Shown here piece after piece: positions 52,101 through 64,000 of a stretch of DNA of 64,000 nt. The DNA comes from Curvularia clavata (taxonomy: Eukaryota). Below the pieces are notes generated by a model, which saw only the letters and a program-made list of their open reading frames with translations, searched no databases and was not told the origin of the DNA. Location of the stretch: assembly GCA_023920165.1 (NCBI GenBank), contig CP089275.1:4588001-4652000 (forward strand), written 5' to 3'. How positions within the stretch are numbered: position 1 is the stretch's first letter; the number at the start of each line of letters is the position of its first letter. The translations under genes and the position numbers were made by a program.

Positions 52101-54700
52101 GTCGCTGGTCGGAAGGTGTTTGCAGCTCCTGATCGATCTCCATCAAAGCCGGAGTCTCGTTGAAACCCAGGTTGCTGGGATCGATCTCGCGAATGGCCTT
52201 TTGCAGGGCCTCCTCGAATGTCCTGCCGATACTCATGACCTCTCCAACACTCTTCATGGAAGATCCAAGCAGGGTGGATACGCGAGTGAACTTCTTCAAG
52301 TCCCAGCGAGGGATCTTGACTACAACGTAATCAAGCGATGGCTCGAAACAAGCGCATGTAGAGCGTGTGACCGAGTTGGAGATCTCATTGAGAGGAATGT
52401 TCAGACCAAGCTTGGCTGCGACGAAAGCAAGAGGATATCCAGTGGCCTTGGAAGCAAGCGCAGAAGAACGCGACAGACGAGCGTTGACCTCAATAATACA
52501 GTATTCCTTGGAGAAGGGGTTGAGAGCATACTGGATATTGCATTCACCGACAACGCCAAGGTGACGAATGACGTTGACGGCGGTCGTCCGGAGCATGTTG
52601 TAGTCGGCATCCGAAAGAGTCTGCGAAGGTGCAACGACAATGGAGTCTCCAGTGTGGATACCAAGAGGGTCAAAGTTCTCCATGTTGCAAACTGTGATGC
52701 AGTTGTCCCGGGAGTCACGGACGACCTCGTACTCGATCTCCTTCCATCCCTTCATACTGCGCTCAATGAGCACCTGGGGACTGGCGGCAAAAGCCTTGTT
52801 GCAGAGATCGAGAAGCTGTTGCTCGTTCTCGGCAAAACCACTTCCAAGTCCACCCAGGGCATAGGCAGCTCGGACAATGACTGGGAAACCAATGTCCTTG
52901 ACGGCGCGCATAGCCTCCTCGACGTTGTTAGCTGAGGCAGACTTAGCACACTTCTCGCCAATCGACTCCATGCTGCGGGCGAAGAGCTCTCGGTCCTCGG
53001 TAGTGATGATAGTGTCGATGGGGGTACCGAGAACCTTGACACCAAGACCTTCGAACTCATCCTTGAGCTGGATACCGACCTGGAGCGCAGTTTGACCACC
53101 AAAGGTCACGTAGATGCCATCAGGGCGCTCCTTCTGGATGACCTTGCGGACGAAGTCTGCGTTGACGGGCAAGAAGTAAACCTTGTCAGCCAGACCCTTT
53201 GAGGTTTGGATGGTGGCGATGTTGGGGTTGATCAAGATGGTGTAGATGCCTTCTTCCTTGAGCGCCTTGATGGCCTGGCTACCAGAGTAGTCAAACTCTC
53301 CGGCCTGTCCGATGCTCAGACCTCCACTTCCGAGGACAAGCACCTTCTTGACGTCAACTCTGGGGGCGAGCTTCCTGTTCTCCTCGAAGGTGCCGCCGGG
53401 GAACTCTACTGGCTGCGACATGACCTCAGGCGAGGCCATGGCCTTCTGAATGGTGCTGATAAAGACATCAAACAGGTACTCGGTGTCGCGAGGACCGGGT
53501 GTGTGCTCAGGGTGGAACTGGACACTGAAGTAGGGCCTCTCCTGGTGGCGGATACCCTCGTTGCTGCCATCGTTTGCGTTGACGAACAGCTCTTCCCAAC
53601 CACTGGGAAGGGTCTTGGAGTCGACGGCATATCCGTGGTTCTGTGATGTGATGTGGCACTTGCCAGTGAGCAAGCTTGTGCAAGGGATGTTGGCACCACG
53701 GTTACCGAACTTCATCTTGATGGTGCTGGCGCCGGCTGCTCGGGCAAGCAACTGGTGTCCAAGACAGATACCGAAGATGGGTGTCCGGGCCTCGTCCATG
53801 GCGGCCTTGATGTTCTTCACTGTAGACTCCATCATGGCTGGGTCACCAGGACCGTTGGAGATGAAGAGACCATCGTAGTCCTTGCCGGCAAGCTTAGGGA
53901 AGTCATAGTCCCAGGGAACCTGAAGGACTTCGACTCCCCTCCGTACCAGGCATCTCAATTGGTTGTATTTGAGACCTACGTCGACAGTGACGACACGGAC
54001 AGGGCGGCCAGAAGGGTGCTTAAGCGCAGTTGCGGGATCGGGCGAGTAGAGTTTGGGCTCCTTGATGGAAACTATCTCATGTTAGGAGGGATGCTTTTTT
54101 TTTCTTCTTTGAAGTTTTGTCTCGCCTACCTTCAGCGACAAGGTTCTTCTTGTTGGGGTCAACCCAGTCAATTTGCTCGAAGCTGCTCCTCCAGTCGGCC
54201 TCGCCGTCGGTGACAACAGCTGAGGGCACTGGGCCAGTCCTCTGCAGAAGACGTCCCAGCATGCTTCCCTCTTCTCGAATACGCTTGGTCAGCGCTCGCG
54301 TGTCGACGCCTGTGATGGCGGGGACGCCCTGCTCCTTGAGCCATGCACCCAGCGAAGAGGTGGCCAAGTGGTGGGAGTATTCCTCTCCAGCATATGTAGC
54401 GACGACCAATCCGGCAATGTGAATCTCTTTGGATTCAAAATGCTCGGGGACGTCTTTGAGCAGGCTGTCCATGTCCTCTCGCGAGGGCACGCCATAGTTG
54501 CCAACGAGGGGAAATGTGATGACGAGGATCTGGCCTCTGTATGAAGGGTCTGTTATGGACTCGGGATAGCCGACCATGCCAGTCTGGAAGACAAGTTCTC
54601 CAGAAATGCTCTTGTCGGCACCGAAGCTTTGTCCAAAGCAGACGTAGCCATCTTGAAGCTCGAGAGCCAAGTTGTGGCTCTGGTCGGGCTGAGGGGCCAT
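49102..54700 (-). CDS. URA2: Multifunctional glutamine-dependent carbamoyl-phosphate synthetase / aspartate transcarbamylase (Ura2/PyrABCN), 1829 aa
   Basis: Exons 54700-54130, 54071-49210, 49158-49102. GATase [26 protein letters not shown]; CPSase [24 protein letters not shown]; ATCase [34 protein letters not shown]. Confidence 0.97.
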
Positions 54701-56171
54701 AATTGAGGAAACAAGAGACAGCTCTAGGGCTATGGAACCCTTGTGATGCGAGACTGCCGGGCAATTTGGTGGGGGAGAAGAGTTCTTGAAGTCTCGACAG
54801 AAAAGAAAAAAAAAAGTTTCGGAGCCTCACTGTAGTGGAAAAAAACGAGAAAGGTTTAGCTGCAGGTGTATGGCGGGGTTGATTGGTCTGCCCCACCACA
54901 GCGAATGACGAGTCTTTGTGTATGGCCGAGCCTGTCTATCTGAACCGAATCCAGCATAGAATATTTCAGACTTGACGCAACACCTGCTCAAAAGCTAAAA
55001 GGCGTGTTGAGGTGTGTTGTTTTTGGACTAGTGTGTGCGTATGTTGGGAATTCTACAAATCCGCAGTGTGCATCCGTCCACGGAGAGCCAGTAGACGGAG
55101 CCCTTTTTTTTTGCGGTTGCACATGCTACTTGTGTGTACTGCACTGTACCTACTACCTACGTAGAGACGAACCAGTTGCTCGGCGGTATTCAGGGCGCAA
55201 AACTAACTATATATACTTGGCAGTGCAACCGAGTGTGGGCAAGCAGGATCTGCGCTTGCTGGGACGCGGTCAGAGAGGGAGTAGGCATCGCGCAAGCTGT
55301 ACGAGATCGCAGGGTGGCGTGGGGGCGGTGAGAGAGGGCTCTGGCGAGGGCTGCCAATGGCACGGGGCGGGGTGTATCGTGTGGAGCCATGATGCGCAGG
55401 ATCCAACGGTTCAGCTGCAGCACGACATCATTGCCGTCGGTGCTTTTTGCAGCCAGAGGGATTTTTTCTGTTCATGTGGTAGGTGAGCGGGTAGGTGATG
55501 GGCCAACAGGCGAGAGAAGAGTTGAAGTAGCAGAGTATAGGCCGTCAATGGCCGCCCGGCGTCCGATAGCGGGCTAGAGGGTGACTAAAGCCATGTCGTA
55601 TTGCGTGAAGGAACATGCAGGGCCCGCACTTGGTAGCGAGCTTCGAGGCCCGTCGTCGCAGGGCGGGAGTCGTCCTCATCTAGATGGCGGCCGACGGCGC
55701 GGGGCATATCACGGCACCCTCTTGACGTGACGCTGCCCTGGTCCCATCTGGCTTGACAGAAGCAAGCGCGGCGTGCGGCTGGGCGCAACGGGAGGGACTG
55801 GCCGGGTTTTGTTGCGGGTTTGCGCCTAGTATAGAGTCGTTGGCTCTGCGAAAAGTAACCACAAACAGCATGTGAAGAGGCGAGGTGAGGCGAGGCGCGA
55901 TATGGTATGTGCATGCTGCACCCCGGATTGCGCGCAGGCGAGCGAGGCGAGGGCGATGCGCGATAAACCAACCGCTTGCAGGCATGGCCGTGTCGATGAA
56001 ATGGCGCTGCCAGACGAGTATATGCGCATGGGGGTGGTGTCGTCGTGGTGGTGTGGGCATGTGGTGCGCTCCGCCTTGGATTGGCTACAGCCGGCGAACA
56101 GGGCGATATGGCGGTCGCGTCTCACGCTCCCTCATGATGCCTCGACGGCGAGCTGCCGCATGACGGCCTAA

Positions 56172-56201
56172 ACCTGAACCTGGACCTGGACCTGGACCTG
56201 G
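56172..56201. repeat. 5 x ACCTG(A/G) hexamer tandem repeat
   Basis: acctga acctgg acctgg acctgg acctgg upstream of the TRP-like gene. Confidence 0.85.
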
Positions 56202-56394
56202 GCGGTGGACCATCGCATCCATGTGCGGCACACAAGTGGGCAAGAGCGCCTTCATCGCCTTCTTCTGGCCGTCATTTCCCACCCCCCAGTGGTGAAACTT
56301 GGCTAACTCCATCCGCTCAACTCGAACCTCGCCCATCAGTCCTCGGTCTGCTCCGACACTGACGACTGACGCCCTGCCGCTGGAGACGTGCTCC

Positions 56395-59300
56395 ATGTTC
56401 TCTTCATTCCTGGGCTCAACCTCACGTCGGCCATCCGAGACCACGCCCCTGCTCGCCGCAATCGACAGGTATCGCCGCCGCCATCATGCAGCAGAGTCGG
56501 ACGCGGCCCACCACGAGCCCGGCGCGGTAGCCCAGTACGACGGCGAGGACGATGACGACGAGGATGACGACGAGGACGAGGACCGCCAGGGAGACCGCCA
56601 GCGCGACGGACCCTTACTCCCCGTCTTCTCGCCAGAGATACTGGGTACGAGGCACACCAAACTACAATCACTAGACGCTCCATCTTCCATCTGCTAACCA
56701 CTCCCTCTAGATCGTATCCCAATCTACAACACCACCCACGCAATCCGCATCATCCTCACCCAGCGCTGTGAAACGACCCTCTCCTGGGACCAATTGCGCT
56801 CGCCCCAAGTCTCCCAGTTCCTCGTCAAGCCCATCCAGCAACAACTCCGCGCCAACAACTTCTCCCGCGGACTGCTCTATTGTCTGCTCGCCAATTGCTT
56901 ACAGTTTAAGAAGGAAGGGGAGGAGAACCCAGGCAATGTGGGCGTCAGCAAGACCCGTGCCCTGATATGCGAGCTGCTGGCTGTGAGGCTGCTCAGGGAG
57001 TTTTCGACCCGCGAGCTGATCGATGCTCTGTCCTACGACTTCGACCCCTTACAAGGCTTGACCCTACCAGGACGCGGCAGCATGACTCCAGGAGGCCGAA
57101 ACTGGTCGCGACAGGCCCCCCGTTCGGCGCGCATCTCGACTCTCGAGATTGCCATTCGCGCCCAGGCCAAGAAGTTCCTCGCCCATCCCCTGGTCGTGCG
57201 CCAGCTAGAGGCCATCTGGGCCGGCACCATCGTCTTCCACTCTGCGGCCGACAATCTGCACAGGAAGCCGGATTCCCCCCAACCGCGCAGCTCCAATGGC
57301 TCGGGCGCCGCCTCGCCGCGAACAGGTCCCTCTTCCCGCAGACCTCTACCCAGCAAGCCCTCCCATCCTCAGCCCCAACAAGCGGCCATTCTTCGCCGCA
57401 CTGTGACCCTCTACGATCCCCACGATGCATCCCTCTTCAAGCTCTCCCGCTTGCGCGTTCCTCGCTACCGCAATCTGTTTTCGACTCTCTCCTTTGCTAT
57501 CATGCTTGGCTTGTTCCTCGCTGTGCTCTCGCAAAAGTCCGACGATATCACCGCGCTCGAGGTCCTCTTCTGGTTTTGGAGCGCCGGTTACATGCTCGAC
57601 GAGGTGGTTGGCTTCTCGGAACAAGGCTTTGGTTTGTACATTATGAGCGTGTGGAATGCCTTTGATCTAGGCATCCTTCTCATGTTCATGGCATACTATA
57701 TCCTGCGTCTGTACGGCATCCTCATGCCCGACGTCAGCAGCAAGAGAGTGGCCGCCATGGCATATGATGTCCTAGGGTCGACGGCGGTTTTGCTGTTCCC
57801 TCGACTCTTCTCCGCCCTCGATCATTATCGCTACTTTTCTCAACTGCTAATCGCCTTCAAGATGATGGCCGTTGACTTGGTTGCGCTTCTTGTGCTAATC
57901 ATCATCAGCTGCAGCGGTTTCTTTGTCGCCTTCGGCTTGGCTTTCAAGCGAGATTTAGGCCCCTCGAATGCTGCATACGCAATCTTCCAGTTGGTCATGG
58001 GATTCACCCCTGCCGCCTGGGACCTCTGGGGAGAGATGAACTTCCTCGGCAAGACATTGCTTGCCCTGTTCCTCTTCATCTGTCATTTCCTCATTGTCAC
58101 CATCCTCGTCACCGTCTTGACAAACTCCTTCATGGCTGTTGTCAAGAACGCCGATGAGGAGCACCAGTTCTTGTTCGCCGTGAACACAATCTCCATGGTC
58201 AAGTCGGATGCCCTGTTTTCCTATATCCCGCCCACCAATATCATTGGGTGGCTGTTGATCCCTCTAAAGTACACGATGCCCTTTAAAAAGTTCCTTCGCA
58301 TGAATCGCTCAGTCATTAAGTTGACGCATCTGCCCATTCTCTTCACCATCTTCGTATACGAGCGCGTTGTTCTTTCGCATCTTGCGTATGGCCCGACTGA
58401 CCTTGTTGAACGACGAGGTCGGGCAGAGTCAAAAGCACCCGTGCCTGCGTTTAGCATTCGTGGCCCTGTAGATTTGTTCAGCCCTCGTCTGCGTGAGCCT
58501 TCTGTTACCACGTTCCAGAAGGATCAGGCGCTCGAGGAGGTTTTCCGTCGACCCTATCACGACCCTAGCTTCCATCCCACCCCTCGGTACCCAACGCCGA
58601 GAAGAAATTCTGGCAATATCGTGTCGGATTGGATGAAAAAGATGGGTAATGACGATGAAAATACCCCACCGCAGGATGACTCTCGGTCGGTCCTGGATCG
58701 ACTCGAGGGCCGCCAGCGCCCATATTTGCGGCGAACCAGAACCGCTGGCCATGCAAGGCGAAAGCATCCGCTCGCCACGACGAGGGCTGTTGTTTCGGAC
58801 CCTGATGAACTGGTAACACCTCTCTCCGGGCCTATTACAGAGGAGCCAGAACCTGATATGCATACGGGAACTATGGAAGAAGCACCACAGCAGACTGATG
58901 CTGATGGAGATGATGAAGACGATCAAGCGAGTGAGGACCAAAATGTCACTCCGCGGCTCGAGATAAGTATGAAAGAGAGCAAGCGGCCCAAGGCCGGCTA
59001 CGAATCTTCTGAAGATGAGTTCTTCCGCACGCCCATGACTGCCATTCCGCGGGCACAACCACGCCCCTCGGGTATTGTAGCTTCGCCGTCTGAGTCTAGT
59101 TATATGGGGAAACTGCCATCCTCGCCCGGCAAGAAGCGATTGAAGCCGGCCCATAATCGCAATACTTCAACGGGTACGATTTTATTCAGTCCCATCAAGG
59201 ATACCATGGTCGCGTCTCGTGCCGTATCACCAGAGAAGCGGCCCAAGACCGGCACTCGCAGCGGCACGGCCACGGGAACCGTCACGCCCGGTCGCTTGGA

Positions 59301-59835
59301 GGGCTCGAGTGGCACGGGTGCACGCACGCCCAAACGGGTGCTGCCTCCTCCCGCTCCCGCTACCCGGCCTCGTGCAATCATGCCACCACGAAGGAACTCG
59401 GCTAATCTGCTGCTCAATGACGACTTGGCGCGAGAGCCCTCGTTCAACGCGATTGCCCTGGACCTAGCATCCGACATTGGTGACAATGCACTCAACCCCA
59501 ACTTTGGCAACATCAGCGGGTTACCTGCGTCTTTTACAACACAGTTCGAAATGGCTGCTAGGATGAAGGCGCGCGAAATGCAGAAGAATAGCGACAATGA
59601 CTCCGACTCGAACCGCATGAGCAGGATTATGCTCGCGCGAATGACGACGCTGGAGGAGGGTTTCCGCGACATGCTTCAAGAGGTCAAGGGCCTGAAGCAG
59701 GGAGAAAGCCAGGTGGGCAGTCGGGGGACGCATTCACCACCCAACGAGCCGGCTGCCAAGAAGAAGGGCAAGGCGAAGAAGAAGTTGAGTAAGCGAGACG
59801 ACGATTCAGACCACAGAATGGGTTCTAGTTTGTGA
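56395..59835 (+). CDS. Yvc1/TRP-like cation channel homolog with long disordered C-terminus
   Basis: Intron ~56645-56710; LRSPQVSQFLVKPI, STLEIAIRAQAKKFLAHP, SRLRVPRY, multiple TM helices, TILVTVLTNSF, C-terminal coiled coil RMTTLEEGF. Confidence 0.88.
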
Positions 59836-61676
59836 GAGGGCACGACGACATTGCGTCGTGTTTTTGCATATATCCGGTGTTATCAGCGCATTTACAAGAC
59901 TTGTTGTCTTTTGTTAGGGGCATGGCATTCTGCTTCAAGCGAAGATACCCCATGGGTATTTATGTCTGATCAGCGGCGTCTGGGGTTTTTGGGCATTTGT
60001 GGTTGCTGAACTTTGATTGTTTGTTTTGTATCGCCAAAGCTGGCTTATTGACCGCAGGACCTGTAATTTCTTAGTTTAATGTACATGCTGCATCGCCTTA
60101 TAGCGCCGCTCCGGCACAAGTTGCATGACGTCTTTGCTAGAAGAGGTTCTGCATACTGTGTTTTGCACCACGGACAAGAATAAATTTAGAAACAAGTCTA
60201 GAACGAGTGATCGTTCTTTTGCTTTCCTTACCGGTTACGTCATGTGACGGCAGCCAGGGTAACCCACATCGAAAAGAGAGAATAGAACACGCAATCCAGG
60301 GCTCACACCGGAGATTTGCACTCCACAAGTCCGAGTCCCTGAAGATCTGTCCAGAAGTCCAATATTCTCGTGACGCATCCACAACGGCAAGATGCGGCCA
60401 TGATTGTTGACTAGTTGCTGCTTTGAGCGGAGTTGTCTACGTAGAACTTATGGCTGGAAGGGAACGCGCAATGAGGACGTATGTATAGACGCTCGTAATT
60501 TTAATAGTTTTTCATTGCGAATTGTGCAGGGAAGATTGGATATGGATAGGCGTGTCCCATGTTATCTCGAATCTTGAAATAACATGGGCAGATCTAAAAT
60601 TATCATTCTCGACAGCCTCACTAACCAAAAACCATCACGATACTCCGTAACTAGTCGTATTGTACATGCGATGGCATTATAGTATAGATCTAAGATTAAA
60701 TGAAAAACAGTTACTTTTTTTTGCAAGGGTAGCCGGCACACATCGATGCTTCTACCACGTTCCTTTTCATATTCTAGTCTTTGTCCCTGCAGATGCAAGT
60801 AATACTTGAGCGTACAGGGCGCCAGGGTCTCCCTCCAAACAAAGAGAAAGACACGCCATGTTCATTAGTCGCATGCACTCACTCCTCTCCGACTCGCTCG
60901 ATCAGCACTCAAAATACACGTTGTACCCCAACAAACCTGTCATCGGTCATGGTGACATGTGTTGGGAACGGGCAGTCTCCGTGGAATCTAGATTCTAGAC
61001 TGTCTTGGAAAAAGCGGGCCCAGTATTCATGAGCACATTCCATGCATCCGTGCAAAGCCATAGCCACAGAAAGACGTAAAGTTTATCCGTAGGCGTGTGG
61101 GTTGGGGTGACGACGCGCGGTCGGTCGTTTTGTTTCCCCACAAGTGTGCAAAGGTGGGGTGACGAGGGCAAAGGAGCAACACGGGTCTAAAGCAGGGAAA
61201 ACCAAGGAACAGAAACTGGGGCCCTGGAGTCCATTTTTTTCGCGCGCGCATCCCTTGCATGTTATATTGGGAAGGGCGAGCTTGCTGGACCGTTTGCGTA
61301 CCCTGATTTCAAGAGTCGAGGCTTCTGGCGCATTGTTACCTAGGTACTTAGGTTACGACTTTCCCTTACTACCTTCTCCAGCAAACTAGCTGGACTGAGA
61401 ACAACCACCACTTTACTTTTTTACTGTTTTGTTCTGCACCAGGCTCCTTCCAAACGACATAAAACCAATTGAGCTTCCCCGCACTTTTTATTCCAACAGA
61501 GTTCGGCGACGTGCTAGAGAAAGACTGATTGGGAGCACCTTTGTTTTTACCCCGCAAAAGACCCTTGGAGAGCACGCAAACCTCACGCGAGTTGTTGCCC
61601 TATCTTGCCTATAAACACACGTCTTATTGGAACTGATAACTTGAAACAAGACATACACACAAGGTTTAAAGAAGAC

Positions 61677-62391
61677 ATGGCGCCTATTCACAAAACACCC
61701 AGCGAAGAAGGTACGCATGCAGCAATTTCTCTGCCCAAACCCTAGAAACACCTTCATTCCCGTACTATAAGGAAACGAACACCACCGAACTAACCTCAGC
61801 ACAGAAATCGCTCAAACCCTAGGCAACCTCAAGCTCTCCCCCTCGCACCCCGAAAAGCCCCTCAAAAAACCCAAATCCAAGCCTGTAGCCGACAGCTGGG
61901 ACGACGACGACGCACTCAGCAGTAGTGGCTCGGATACAGAAACCGAGGATGTAAAAAAGAGCAGTGCGAAGAAGACAACAAAAGAACAAGCAAGCAACTC
62001 CCCACACGACTCGCTCCAACCCCTCTCCACGACAACATCACGCGACACTCCGCCGAACCCGCCGCCACCAACACCTGCATCGCCCACGGGGTTCGAGTAT
62101 CCGTACGATAGTCCGAGTAACGTGGCGTATGGCGACGGGGCTCGGAGCAGCGATAGCTCAAGAAGCAGGGGTGGGGGTCCAGATAAACGGCCCGAGAAGA
62201 CGACAGCGGTAGCGGGGAGAATGATTGCGGGTGCGCTGGGTGTCAGGGCACCGAGACGGACAGAAGAAGAGAGGGAGTATGACCGTGTGATGAGAGAGAA
62301 GGAGAGGAAGAGGAGGGCGGAGGAGAAGGAGAGGGAGAAGAGGGAAATTGAGGAGAAGGAGGCGAGGAAGAGGGCGGTTTGGGAGGATTAG
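61677..62391 (+). CDS. Conserved-looking fungal low-complexity protein of unknown function
   Basis: Exon 1 61677-61710 (MAPIHKTPSEE), intron GTACGC..CTAAC..CAG 61711-61804, exon 2 with VADSWDDDD and KRPEKTTAVAGRMIAGALGVRAP plus a charged helix. Confidence 0.75.
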
Positions 62392-63152
62392 ATGTGTGCT
62401 TTTGTGCTGGGCGTTGAGGGGTACTTGGAGAATGAGGGTAGTGTATGGGGGTATTTGAATTGGGAATAAGCGTATCCTAGGTGGAGAGGGATGGATGAGT
62501 GAGGAGAATGGGCCTATGAATTGTATTTGTACATCATGAATTTCCGGGAGACAAGGAAAAGATATAATGGCATACTACCTCCTGAGCGTTTTAGATGATC
62601 GGATTTTGTCTATTATTCAATGCGATGGCAAATCAAGACCCAGAATGAAGCATGGTACGTAGTCAAGGCTCAGTGTGAAAATAAGTGTGTAGTGAATTTC
62701 AATCCATCTTCCGCGTAGAGCGCATCCATGCATCCCCCCAAACCCTTTCTCTCTCTCCATCCCACCGCTACAAAAAGGGAAGACTACCAAGAACGCTGCC
62801 CCGCGCAAAGGAGCGGGATGGGACTTTGGTAGCCTAGGTTACCCCCGTGACGCCAGAATCCGTGATGTTCATATCTCTTCGAGTCCAAAAAAGTTGAAAT
62901 TGAAAGAAAAAAAAAGAGAATCGAAAACAAAGCACACCTTCTTCCCGCCACGCCACACCACACTTTTCTTCGCTCAAAGTAGTCATGTCTCGTTGTAGGT
63001 CTCGGCTATTCGCAAAGTCAAGAGGAGGAGAGGGGAAGCGTAGACAAGAGGGTGCCTAGCCCCGCGCCTGTTGTTGGGGTTGCAGGAGTTTGGCAGCCGC
63101 GCTCCCGGGAGGCAAAGCCCAGAACAAAAGCTTGTACCGTCGTTGGCCTAGT

Positions 63153-63537
63153 TCAGCAGCAACCGCCAATCTGCTCCTGGTGTACCTCAAGAGTATCACC
63201 GTCCTGCATATCAAGCTAGGTGACCTTGTTAGCTCATGTCTGCTTCCCATTCTGCACCCCGCGACAAGAAAAGCGTGGGCAGAAAGACAAAACTACGTAC
63301 CGTATCGGGGTTGTCGGTAGCCGTGACTCGCTGGCCGTCGAAAAGAAAACGGACGCTGGAGATATTCTTTCCCTGGCGATCGCAGAAGGCGTTCATGAGC
63401 TTGCCGAGTTGAGTGGTGCGCTTGATCTTGAAGAAGACCTCGTTGTTGTTATCCGTGACCTTGATGTTAAGGTGTTCGCTCTGGCCGCCGTCTTCGGGCT
63501 TCTGCTGCGGCTGGTTGGGGGAACCGTTCTCAGACAT
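63153..63537 (-). CDS. SMT3: SUMO precursor
   Basis: Exons 63537-63301 and 63215-63153: EHLNIKVTD..EVFFKIKRTT..VRFLFDG..LDMQDGDTLEVHQEQIGG-CC*. Confidence 0.97.
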
Positions 63538-64000
63538 GTTTGCGGTGGCGTGTGTTTGTGTATGTGTGTGGATTTGATATTGCGCGTAGAGTTGGCCACG
63601 GGCTCTGTTCAGCGGGCGTCAGTCGGTGGAGCTGGGAGGTGAAGGAGGAAACGATTTGCCGGGCGGGATGAGGCTGCGCTGTGCGGTGGGTGGAGATAAT
63701 CATACCTTAATACCGGCGGGCAGGTTGGCAAATCACGTCAGGTAATCGAAGGGTTCTGGGCGGCCGGGCAGACGCGTCGAGAGGTTTGTGTCGATGCAGA
63801 CGTGGTGGCAACGCGTGAAAAGAACGCTGGCAAGGGATCAAGGCGCAACGGTGAGGTCAAGGTGCGAGGACTGAGAATTAGTGGGGTCTGTCTCGCTCAC
63901 CAAGATTGGCCGTTCTGGCCCACGGCATCAGCTGTACGGACATACATTAACCGCGAAACTAGTAGCTGGCCTGGCCTGCTTCTTTTACGTAGTAATTGCT

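Noticed and set aside
54435..54899. 154-codon ORF overlapping the URA2 start as a regulatory uORF
   Set aside because: It begins at GTG and has no ATG upstream of the main start; no similarity to the arginine attenuator peptide.
60480..60780. AT-rich patch as a transposon relic
   Set aside because: No terminal repeats or coding motif visible.
63722..63733. GGTTGGCAAAT upstream of SUMO as an Rpn4/PACE site
   Set aside because: Imperfect match to GGTGGCAAA, and no clear copy upstream of RPN13.

Overview
Eukaryotic (filamentous ascomycete, Dothideomycete-like) genomic DNA with short GT-AG introns and CTRAC branch points. About 28 protein-coding genes can be reconstructed. Gene-dense housekeeping blocks (~7.8-36.4 kb, ~43-60 kb, plus SUMO at the right end) contain CCT1, ProRS, RPN13, RPL6, EXO84, TOM20, YPT6, NOP53, FIG4, SHE9, POP5, URA2 and others, often as tight head-to-head pairs. 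Sparser accessory blocks contain a GH11 xylanase, a 2,2-dialkylglycine decarboxylase, a decayed ORF, a sensor-like membrane protein, and a divergent secreted tyrosinase / PTH11-like receptor pair. I recognised no tRNA, rRNA, CRISPR array or intact transposon. The two most interesting observations: (1) the URA2/pyrABCN multienzyme lacks the entire pseudo-dihydroorotase domain, so CPSase joins ATCase through a ~40-aa linker; (2) the 319-nt RPN13 intron 3 has a long-range GC-rich stem with a competing helix that encloses a GAA-rich 38-nt candidate cassette exon, which would decide whether the C-terminal UCH37-binding half is made. All gene models and family calls were made by eye, without database searches.
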